Assembly (NCBI GenBank): GCA_938091715.1 | Contig: CALKMT010000123.1 | Span: forward strand, 1-50,479 | Source: an uncultured Litorivicinus sp. | GTDB taxonomy: Bacteria; Pseudomonadota; Gammaproteobacteria; Pseudomonadales; Litorivicinaceae | DNA length: 50,479 bases | Reading direction: 5' to 3' | Part shown: piece by piece, positions 42,525-50,479 of the stretch | Layout: every line of letters begins with the position of its first letter | Numbering within the stretch: the first letter of the stretch is position 1 | Made by a program: the position numbers and the translations under genes | The notes under the pieces: generated by a model | Seen by the model: the letters and a program-made list of their open reading frames with translations, nothing else | Databases searched by the model: none | Told to the model about the DNA's origin: nothing

Positions 42525-44225
42525 ATGCGTTTGAAAAACCCCCTGGCCCCCGAGGCTCGCGACGACTTTACGATGCCCGGCGAGATTAACCGGGAATCCG
42601 GTTTGTACGAAGCCGCCCTGCAGGCCGGCGCTGACCTGATGCGCCGCCCCCGCAACGCCCCATTGACCGCGATTGCTCGACAACACCAAAAAGGACGCAT
42701 GACGGTCTGGGAACGTATCGACCAATTGGTCGACGAGCCCCCCACCATCTTGTTTCAAAACTGGGGTCAGAACTTGGACGGCGCCAGCCTCGTCACCGCC
42801 ATCGGCAAGGTCGCCGGTCGCGACGTCGCCATTTACGGACATGATTTCACCGTGCGTGCCGGATCCATGGACGCCACCAACGGCTCAAAACTGGCCCAAC
42901 TGTTTCAGATGGCCGGCAAACTAAAAATCCCGGTCGTCGGGTTTAACGATTCTGCCGGCGCCTATGTGCCCGCAGGAGTTGGCGGCCTGGACGGTTACGC
43001 CGAGGCCTTTAAGGCGCTGCGAGACATCAGTGGCGTGGTGCCCAGCATTATGTGCATGTTTGGCTTCAACGCAGGGGGCGGCTCGTACCTGCCGCGCCAG
43101 GGCAGCTTTATCATCCAACCGCGCAACACGTTCTTTGGTCTGACCGGCCCCGGTGTTGTGAAATCGGTGCTGGGCGAGGACGTCACGGCGGATGAGCTGG
43201 GTGGGCCGCAGGTCCACGCACACACCGGCGTGACCGACTTTATTGTCGAGGACGAAGTTGCCGCAATCCGAAAAGTCCGCCGCCTGCTGCGGTACTTGCC
43301 AGGACACCATGGCGAGCTGGCCCCGGTTCAGCGCACCAGCGACCCGATCGACCGACCCACCTGGGAAGCCGACATCCTGTTCAAAAAGGCCTTCAACGGG
43401 CCCAGCGGGTTTAACACGCCGCTAGAGATTGGCATTTTGGTCCAGCAGCTCTGCGATCATGGCGACTATTTAGAGATCCAGCCCGATCGGGCCGAGAACA
43501 CCCTGTGCGCCTTGGGTCGCATGGGCGGCCAAGTGGTCGGTTTTGTGGCCAACAACTCGGCCGTGGCGTCAGGCCAAATTGATATCGAGGCCGCTTACAA
43601 AAATGCCCGCTTCATTCGATTCTGTAACCTGTACAACATTCCGATGTTGTTCATCGAGGACACCACCGGCTTTAAGCCCGGCACCGAGCAAGAGCACGGC
43701 GGCGTGGTCCAGGCCGGGCGCGCGATGTTGGATGCCATCATTGACCTGCGTACCCCGCGCTTTTTGCTGATCGTACGTAACGCCTTTGGCGGCGCTTACG
43801 CCAGTTTCAACAACTACAAGTTGGGTGCGGATCGCGTCTTTGCACTGCCGACCACCCGGCTGGCGGTCATGGGACCTGCAGGCAAAAGTTTCGTCTACAA
43901 AGACGAAATCAAAGCGGCACAGCGTGAGGCGGCTCAGTTAAAAGCCAGCGAATTACAACGTCTGTTGAGCGAGGGCGTGGAAGCCGATCAAGCCGCAGCT
44001 CAGGCTGAGCAGGCCGCGGCCCAGCACCTGGCCGCAGTGGATGCCCAGTTGAACGCACGTTACGAAGGCGAGCTGATGAACCCCAACGAGGCCTTGAGCT
44101 TGGGATCGATCAGCCAATTGGTCATGCCCAAAGACCTACGCCACGTCATCGGAAGCGAGATGCAGCGCTTCCTGAGCCACTACCAGCCCACGCCGATGTC
44201 TGGCGTCCAGCGCGAATTCCACTGA
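42525..44225 (+). CDS. Acyl-CoA (probably propionyl-CoA) carboxylase carboxyltransferase subunit, divergent type
   Basis: [59 protein letters not shown]. Confidence 0.88.
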   Translation: MRLKNPLAPEARDDFTMPGEINRESGLYEAALQAGADLMRRPRNAPLTAIARQHQKGRMTVWERIDQLVDEPPTILFQNWGQNLDGASLVTAIGKVAGRDVAIYGHDFTVRAGSMDATNGSKLAQLFQMAGKLKIPVVGFNDSAGAYVPAGVGGLDGYAEAFKALRDISGVVPSIMCMFGFNAGGGSYLPRQGSFIIQPRNTFFGLTGPGVVKSVLGEDVTADELGGPQVHAHTGVTDFIVEDEVAAIRKVRRLLRYLPGHHGELAPVQRTSDPIDRPTWEADILFKKAFNGPSGFNTPLEIGILVQQLCDHGDYLEIQPDRAENTLCALGRMGGQVVGFVANNSAVASGQIDIEAAYKNARFIRFCNLYNIPMLFIEDTTGFKPGTEQEHGGVVQAGRAMLDAIIDLRTPRFLLIVRNAFGGAYASFNNYKLGADRVFALPTTRLAVMGPAGKSFVYKDEIKAAQREAAQLKASELQRLLSEGVEADQAAAQAEQAAAQHLAAVDAQLNARYEGELMNPNEALSLGSISQLVMPKDLRHVIGSEMQRFLSHYQPTPMSGVQREFH

Positions 44226-44232
44226 GGTTGTT

Positions 44233-46986
44233 ATGAGTTTAAATCCGCTAATCCATCAAACCCGTCGCTTGGCCACTCATCCGTCAGCCTGGGCCCAACA
44301 GTTCAGCGTTGAAGGTTTCAAAGTCCTGATCATCTGCCGCGGCCCGATCCGCAAAGAGGTCATGGACACCCTTGATGAAATGGGCGCCCAGTACGGCATC
44401 TTGTTGTCTGAAAAGGACTCGGTGACCTACAAGAACGCCCTGGCGCCGGAATTGCGCCAAATTGCCCGCAACGACCGAGTGCACCGGGTTCCCGACTACA
44501 CCGGCGCTGACAAAGCCGAGCGCGACGCTCGCATTCAACAGATCATCGACATCGCCCACACCAATGGCTACGACGGGATTTTTGCGGGCTATGGATTTAT
44601 GGCCGAGGATGAGGCCTTGGTAAGCGCCATCGAAGCCGCCGGCCTAAACTTTGTCGGCCCATGCTCGCGCACCGTTCGCCAGGCTGGTATGAAAGACGAA
44701 GCCAAGCGCACGGCATTGAACGCTGGCGTGTCCGTGACGCCCGGGGTCGATAACCTGACCACCCGCACGGTCTTGGCGTTGGGTTCGCTTGAAACCCTGG
44801 CCCAAAAACACGGCCTGACCCTGAACGGCGCGACTCCCGAAGAACAAGCCGAGGACTTGCTGACCCAAAGCTATGCCCGGGGGTTGGATCTGATCTCGAT
44901 CGACCAGATCGCTCAACAGGCCCAGGTTGAAGTCGAAGCCTTGTATGCCGAATACCCCAACAACCGCATTCGTATCAAAGCGATCGGCGGTGGTGGCGGC
45001 AAAGGCCAACGCATTTTGCCCAGTCCAAAAGACCTCGGCGGCGATGCCAAGGCCGCAGCCGAACCGACCGCCGAATTGGTAAAGCAGGTGCTGGCCGAGG
45101 TCAAAGCGACCGGCGTGGGCGACAACAAGAACGTCCTGTTGGAGCTCAACATCGAGACCACTCGCCACCAAGAAATTCAGGTTATCGGTAATGGCGACTG
45201 GTGCCTGACTCTGGGCGGCCGGGACTGCTCTGCACAGATGCACGAGCAGAAACTGCTCGAAATTTCGACCTCGGTGGAGATGTTGCAAGCGGCAATTGAC
45301 GCCGAGGACGACGCCGATCGCCGGGCCCCGCTGGAGCAAGATCTGGCACTGTTGAACAGCATGGAAGACCAAGCCACTCGCTTTGGCAGTGCGGTTGGGC
45401 TGGACAGCGTCAGTACCTTTGAGTGCATCGTGGACGACGATCGTCACTATTTCATGGAAATGAACACCCGGATTCAGGTCGAGCACCGCGTATCCGAGCT
45501 GTGTTACGGCCTGAAGTTTGAAAACCCCGACCAGCCCGCGGTCGCCTTTGTGGTCAACAGCTTGGTCGAGGCCATGGTGTTGCTGGCGGTACACGGCCCG
45601 CGCTTGCCCAAGCCGACCCGCGTCGTGCGCGAGAGCGCCAGTGTCGAGGTTCGCCTGAACGCCACCAACGATGCGTTACAGCCCCACGCTGGCGGACTGA
45701 TCCAGTTCTGGTCATCCGCCCTGCCCGGGGAAATTCGCGACGACCAGGGCATCAGCAAACGTAACCCCGACACCGGCTCATTTGTGCGCTACGCCCTGGC
45801 CGGTGCCTATGACTCGAACATCGCCCTGTTGTTGACCACGGGCCCAGACCGCCAGCGCTCCTTTGAAGCGATGGCCGAGGTCATTCGTCGCACGCGTATT
45901 GAAGGCTCGGACCTGGCAACCAACTTGAACTTTCATTACGGGCTGGTGCATTGGTTCTTGGCCCGGGATGTCCATGCCAAGACCACGACGGCCTTTATCC
46001 AGCCCTACCTAACCGCCGTGGGTTTGCTGGCCAAGGTCGCCCGGCAATTGGACTTGAACTTTGCCTGGGCCCAAGAGACCGGCCAGGATCCAGAGCTGAG
46101 TAACCTGAAAAAGACCCTGGTGGTGCGTCCGCTGGATGTGTTGCTGGCCGAGCCTCACCTGCTGTCCGGCTGGATCAGTTATGCCGATGCGGCGTTTGAG
46201 CGCGACGACCAAGACACCTGGCAATTCGCCATCAACCCACTGGAATTGCTGGCTCAGCTGTATCACTTCTTGAACATGGACAGGGATCCGGCGAGCCCCG
46301 CCGCCAAGCAAATCTGGTCACAGGATCAAGCCATATTGGACGAGGGTTTGGCCTTCTATGCCGAGCTGTCTGCCCGCTTAGACATTCAGGACTGGCCTTC
46401 GTTGCAGACCGCTATCGAGTCCGCTAGCCATCCCGCGATCGAGGATTGGTCGGCGGTGCGTGCGGCCCATGCCGATTTCCAAGCCGGCATGGATCTGTTG
46501 CGCCTGTTGCCGATCTGCGCCGATGAAGTCGAATTTGAGGTCTTGGCGGTTGAGCCGAATTTGGACATTCATATTCCTGACTTCTTGACCGATTCAGACA
46601 ACCAGAAAATCGCCACCCTGGAGCTAGCGCCCCCACCGGTACAAAACGCTGACGAAATTGTCGCGGCCAGTGGCGGTATGTTCTATGCCCAACAGTCGCC
46701 GGGTGACCCGCCCTTGGTCAGTCCCGGGCAGACTGTACGGCCCGGCGATCCGCTGTACATCGTCGAGGTCATGAAGATGTTCAACTTGGTGCGCGCCGAG
46801 TTTGCCTGCACCATCGATGAAGTACTGGTCGAGGGCGACGCGACCGTGGTCAAAAAAGGTCAGCCCTTGTTCAAAGTCACCCCGACCGAAACCGTTGAGT
46901 CTGTGGATCCCGTGGCCCAGGCCAGGGCCCGTCAAGCCTGGACCACGGACTGCTTAACCCTCTTAAAAGGAGACCAGCATGGCTGA
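44233..46986 (+). CDS. Biotin carboxylase + biotin carrier subunit, enlarged divergent type
   Basis: [45 protein letters not shown] biotinyl motif; 917 aa. Confidence 0.88.
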   Translation: MSLNPLIHQTRRLATHPSAWAQQFSVEGFKVLIICRGPIRKEVMDTLDEMGAQYGILLSEKDSVTYKNALAPELRQIARNDRVHRVPDYTGADKAERDARIQQIIDIAHTNGYDGIFAGYGFMAEDEALVSAIEAAGLNFVGPCSRTVRQAGMKDEAKRTALNAGVSVTPGVDNLTTRTVLALGSLETLAQKHGLTLNGATPEEQAEDLLTQSYARGLDLISIDQIAQQAQVEVEALYAEYPNNRIRIKAIGGGGGKGQRILPSPKDLGGDAKAAAEPTAELVKQVLAEVKATGVGDNKNVLLELNIETTRHQEIQVIGNGDWCLTLGGRDCSAQMHEQKLLEISTSVEMLQAAIDAEDDADRRAPLEQDLALLNSMEDQATRFGSAVGLDSVSTFECIVDDDRHYFMEMNTRIQVEHRVSELCYGLKFENPDQPAVAFVVNSLVEAMVLLAVHGPRLPKPTRVVRESASVEVRLNATNDALQPHAGGLIQFWSSALPGEIRDDQGISKRNPDTGSFVRYALAGAYDSNIALLLTTGPDRQRSFEAMAEVIRRTRIEGSDLATNLNFHYGLVHWFLARDVHAKTTTAFIQPYLTAVGLLAKVARQLDLNFAWAQETGQDPELSNLKKTLVVRPLDVLLAEPHLLSGWISYADAAFERDDQDTWQFAINPLELLAQLYHFLNMDRDPASPAAKQIWSQDQAILDEGLAFYAELSARLDIQDWPSLQTAIESASHPAIEDWSAVRAAHADFQAGMDLLRLLPICADEVEFEVLAVEPNLDIHIPDFLTDSDNQKIATLELAPPPVQNADEIVAASGGMFYAQQSPGDPPLVSPGQTVRPGDPLYIVEVMKMFNLVRAEFACTIDEVLVEGDATVVKKGQPLFKVTPTETVESVDPVAQARARQAWTTDCLTLLKGDQHG

Positions 46987-49114
46987 TCTAAATGACTGGT
47001 CCAATCTGGTCAACAAAGAAACCAAAGGCCTGACCCCGGACGAGATGTCGTGGATGACCCCCGAGGGCATTCTGTTAAAGCAGTTGTACACCGCCGACGA
47101 TGTTCAGGACGTCGCATTCAAGGACAGCCTGCCCGGCTTTGCGCCCTATGTGCGCGGGGTCAAAGCCACGATGTATTCCGGCCGGCCCTGGACCATCCGT
47201 CAGTACGCCGGGTTCAGTACCGCACAGGCGTCGAATGCGTTTTACCGCAAGGCGCTGGCCGCTGGTGGTCAGGGTGTCTCGGTGGCCTTTGATCTGGCGA
47301 CCCACCGGGGTTACGACTCGGATCACCCGCGGGTCAAGGGGGACGTCGGCAAAGCCGGCGTGGCGATCGACAGTGTGTTGGATATGAAAACTCTGTTCGA
47401 TGGCATTCCGCTGGACAAGGTATCGGTCTCGATGACCATGAACGGCGCGGTATTGCCGGTCTTGGCCGGCTACATTGTGGCCGCCGAAGAACAGGGCGTG
47501 CGCCAGGATCAGTTGTCCGGCACGATCCAAAACGACATCCTGAAAGAATTCATGGTGCGCAACACCTACATTTATCCGCCGGCACCGAGCATGCGGATTA
47601 TTGGCGACATCATTGCGTATTGCTCGCAACACATGCCCAAGTTCAACACCATCAGTATCTCGGGGTACCACATCCAAGAAGCCGGCGCCGATGCCGCGTT
47701 GGAGCTGGCCTATACCCTGGCCGATGGCAAGGAGTACATCCGCACGGCTCTGGCCGCCGGATTGGACATCGATGCCTTTGCGCCTCGGCTGTCGTTTTTC
47801 TTTGGTATCGGCATGAACTTTTACATGGAGATTGCCAAATTACGCGCCGCCCGTTTGTTGTGGCAAGAAATCGTCAGCGAGTTCAAGCCCAGCAATCCCA
47901 AGTCGTTGATGCTGCGGACTCACTGCCAAACCAGCGGCTGGTCACTGACCGAGCAAGACCCCTATCACAACGTGGTGCGCACCACCGTCGAGGCCATGGC
48001 CTCGGTGTTTGGCGGCACTCAATCCCTGCATACCAACAGCTTTGACGAGGCGATCGCCCTGCCGACCGAGTTCAGCGCGCGCATCGCCCGTAACACCCAG
48101 TTGATCCTGCAAGAAGAAACCGGCATCACGCAGGTGGTCGACCCCTGGGGCGGCAGCTACATGATGGAATCCTTGACCCGGGATCTGGCGGATCGCGCTC
48201 GCCAACTGATCCAAGAAGTCGAGGACCAAGGCGGTATGGCCAAGGCCATCGACGCAGGACTGCCCAAGTTACGGATCGAAGAATCCGCGACTCACAAGCA
48301 GGCTCGAATTGACCGCGGCGAAGATGTGATTGTTGGCGTGAACAAATACAAGCTGGCGACCGAAGACGAGGTCGACGTTCTGCAGATCGACAACGAAGCA
48401 GTGCGCGATGCTCAGATTGCCCAACTTGAAAAACTGCGCGCCGAACGTGACGAACCGCAGGTTACGCAAGCACTGCAACGCATCACCGAGGTCGCCGGCG
48501 GACAAACCGGCAACCTGTTAGCCTTGGCGATTGAGGCCATTCGCGCCCGGGCCACCGTGGGTGAAGTGTCCGACGCCATGGAAGTCCACTTTGATCGTTA
48601 CAAAGCGGAACACCGCAGCGTATCCGGCGTGTACGGCAGTCACTATGAAAAGGACGAAACCTGGATGGACATCGGGCAGAAGATCGAAGCCTTTAGCACC
48701 ACTGCCGGACGCCGGCCCCGGGTGTTGGTGGCCAAAATGGGACAGGACGGCCACGACCGCGGCGCCAAGGTCGTCGCCACCGCCTTTGCCGATGTTGGCT
48801 TTGATGTTGACCTGTCACCCATGTTTTCAACCCCCGAGGAAGTGGCGCGTCAGGCCGTCGAGAACGACGTGCATGCCGTTGGCGTCAGCTCATTGGCCGC
48901 GGGCCACCTGACCCTGGTGCCCGAATTAATCGCCGCCCTGAAAGCCGAAGGCGCCGATGACATCGTGGTATTCGCAGGCGGCGTCATCCCGCGCCAGGAT
49001 TATCAGGCCCTGTACGACCAAGGCGTGGCGGCAATTTTTGGTCCTGGAACTCCCATTCCACAGTGTGCCGCCCAAGTCATTGAGTCCATTGCCAAGACCC
49101 ATGCACCGGATTGA
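46979..49114 (+). CDS. scpA: Methylmalonyl-CoA mutase (adenosylcobalamin-dependent)
   Basis: [11 protein letters not shown] (Tyr), [23 protein letters not shown]12 motif. Confidence 0.96.
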   Translation: MADLNDWSNLVNKETKGLTPDEMSWMTPEGILLKQLYTADDVQDVAFKDSLPGFAPYVRGVKATMYSGRPWTIRQYAGFSTAQASNAFYRKALAAGGQGVSVAFDLATHRGYDSDHPRVKGDVGKAGVAIDSVLDMKTLFDGIPLDKVSVSMTMNGAVLPVLAGYIVAAEEQGVRQDQLSGTIQNDILKEFMVRNTYIYPPAPSMRIIGDIIAYCSQHMPKFNTISISGYHIQEAGADAALELAYTLADGKEYIRTALAAGLDIDAFAPRLSFFFGIGMNFYMEIAKLRAARLLWQEIVSEFKPSNPKSLMLRTHCQTSGWSLTEQDPYHNVVRTTVEAMASVFGGTQSLHTNSFDEAIALPTEFSARIARNTQLILQEETGITQVVDPWGGSYMMESLTRDLADRARQLIQEVEDQGGMAKAIDAGLPKLRIEESATHKQARIDRGEDVIVGVNKYKLATEDEVDVLQIDNEAVRDAQIAQLEKLRAERDEPQVTQALQRITEVAGGQTGNLLALAIEAIRARATVGEVSDAMEVHFDRYKAEHRSVSGVYGSHYEKDETWMDIGQKIEAFSTTAGRRPRVLVAKMGQDGHDRGAKVVATAFADVGFDVDLSPMFSTPEEVARQAVENDVHAVGVSSLAAGHLTLVPELIAALKAEGADDIVVFAGGVIPRQDYQALYDQGVAAIFGPGTPIPQCAAQVIESIAKTHAPD

Positions 49115-50051
49115 CGTCCAGGCCCTGCGCCAGGGCCAGCGCCGGGCCTTGGCCAAGGCCATCACCCTGGTCGAAAGCCACAACCCAGAGCACCGCCCTG
49201 CGGCGGATGCACTGCTGGCCGAGATCATGCCCTGGACCGGCCAGGCCTTTCGGCTGGGCATTTCTGGCGTGCCTGGGGTCGGAAAATCGACCTTTATCGA
49301 AAGTTTTGGGCTCCGTGCGATCGAGCAAGGCCAAAAGATTGCGGTGTTGGCGGTTGATCCTTCCTCACCGGTTAATGGCGGCTCGATCCTGGGCGATAAA
49401 ACCCGTATGGAGCAACTGAGTCGCACCGAGGGCGCGTACATTCGTCCATCCCCAGCGGGCGACAGCCTGGGCGGCGTGGCACAGCGTACCCGCGAGGCCA
49501 TCCTGTTGTGCGAGGCGGCGGGTTACGATCAGATCTGGATTGAAACCGTCGGGGTCGGACAAAGCGAGCACGAAGTGGCCAACATGACCGATGCCTTTAT
49601 GGTTCTGATGCAGCCCGGGGCGGGGGACGAGTTGCAGGGAATCAAAAAAGGTATTTTAGAGCTGGCCGATTTGATCGTGGTCAACAAGGCGGACGGTGAA
49701 GCCAAACAGTTGGCCGAGTTCAGCCGCCGGCATTATCAAAACGCCCTGAACCTGCTGACCCACAATGGTTTCTGGTCACCGGAAGTGCTCAGCGTCAGCG
49801 CGCTGAAAACCGATGGCCTGGAGGCCTTGGAAGGATTGTTACAGCAGTACCGACTGGCCGGTGCCAAAGAGATCCCGGCCAAACGCACCCGCCAAAACCT
49901 GTCGTGGTTTGAGCGGCTGGTCAAGGACCAGCTGTGGCAGCAGGCCATCCACGGCACCCTGCGCGAGGACTGGTTACGCCAACGCGAGGCAGTCTTGCAA
50001 GGCCAGGTTTCCCCCGTGACGGCCGCCCAGGCGGTATTTAAACCGACCTAA
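49101..50051 (+). CDS. meaB: Methylmalonyl-CoA mutase-associated GTPase MeaB
   Basis: [39 protein letters not shown]; ATG 49101 overlaps the scpA end. Confidence 0.94.
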   Translation: MHRIDVQALRQGQRRALAKAITLVESHNPEHRPAADALLAEIMPWTGQAFRLGISGVPGVGKSTFIESFGLRAIEQGQKIAVLAVDPSSPVNGGSILGDKTRMEQLSRTEGAYIRPSPAGDSLGGVAQRTREAILLCEAAGYDQIWIETVGVGQSEHEVANMTDAFMVLMQPGAGDELQGIKKGILELADLIVVNKADGEAKQLAEFSRRHYQNALNLLTHNGFWSPEVLSVSALKTDGLEALEGLLQQYRLAGAKEIPAKRTRQNLSWFERLVKDQLWQQAIHGTLREDWLRQREAVLQGQVSPVTAAQAVFKPT

Positions 50052-50053
50052 AA

Positions 50054-50464
50054 TCAGGCGTGCTCAGGAATCTCGTAGGCACGAACCGCGCGTAAAATGT
50101 CACACCGGCTGATCTGGCCCACCAGCGAGCCTTGGGCATCGACCACCGGGAGACGACGACGGCCCAAACGCATAAAGGTCTCAGCGGCCTCGACCACATC
50201 GGTGTCGTTGCGAAGTGTGTCGACTGTGCGGCTCATCACCTCCGATACTCGACCGCCAACTTCGCCTTGATAGGTGCCCTTTAAAATCCCACTCAGACAA
50301 TCATGCTCAGACACCATGCCGACCAGTTTTCCTGCATCCATCACCGGCATACCTGAAATGCCGTGCTCGATCAGGCGATCAACCGCAGACAGCAAGTCGG
50401 CGTCAGAGGAAATCGTGATTAGATTGGTGGTCATGTAATCCGAAATACGAATGGATCGGAACAT
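50054..50464 (-). CDS. CBS domain-containing protein
   Basis: Tandem CBS pair (ISGMPV..KLVGMVSE.D; RRLPVV..LVGQISR.D); SD AAGGA. Confidence 0.9.
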   Translation of the reverse strand: MFRSIRISDYMTTNLITISSDADLLSAVDRLIEHGISGMPVMDAGKLVGMVSEHDCLSGILKGTYQGEVGGRVSEVMSRTVDTLRNDTDVVEAAETFMRLGRRRLPVVDAQGSLVGQISRCDILRAVRAYEIPEHA

Positions 50465-50479
50465 CGGTTTATCCTTATT

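Noticed and set aside
44644-45594. 316-aa minus-strand ORF
   Set aside because: Wholly antisense to the biotin carboxylase; a shadow ORF expected from high-GC codon bias, with no motifs.

Overview
Compact, GC-rich gammaproteobacterial chromosome segment (marine Oceanospirillales/Pseudomonadales-like gene order; taxon is inference) with very short or overlapping intergenic spaces. I saw no rRNA, tRNA, CRISPR array or mobile element. Housekeeping content: ppnN-ybaK, fur/bamE, clpS-clpA, icd, rluE-mnmA-hflD-purB-roxA, aceK, mscS, sixA, xthA, Lrp-putA. Four loci deserve a second look. (1) A LacI-associated catabolic cluster of unknown substrate (HisD/HpsN-like dehydrogenase, SDR, alpha/beta hydrolase, single-barrel MetE-like Zn enzyme, HpcH aldolase) with a perfect 14-bp palindrome in its divergent promoter. 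(2) A left-edge signalling-like module: secreted protein, Sel1 lipoprotein with a possible dead caspase-like domain, and a membrane Ser/Thr kinase lacking the Gly loop and catalytic Lys. (3) A GT4 glycosyltransferase + PAP2 phosphatase pair behind a well-formed Pho box, suggesting PlcP-independent lipid remodelling. (4) An ScfR-regulated operon with a divergent acyl-CoA carboxylase, methylmalonyl-CoA mutase and MeaB but no epimerase, whose regulator is coupled to a homocysteine S-methyltransferase. All product calls come from motif recognition; no database search was run.
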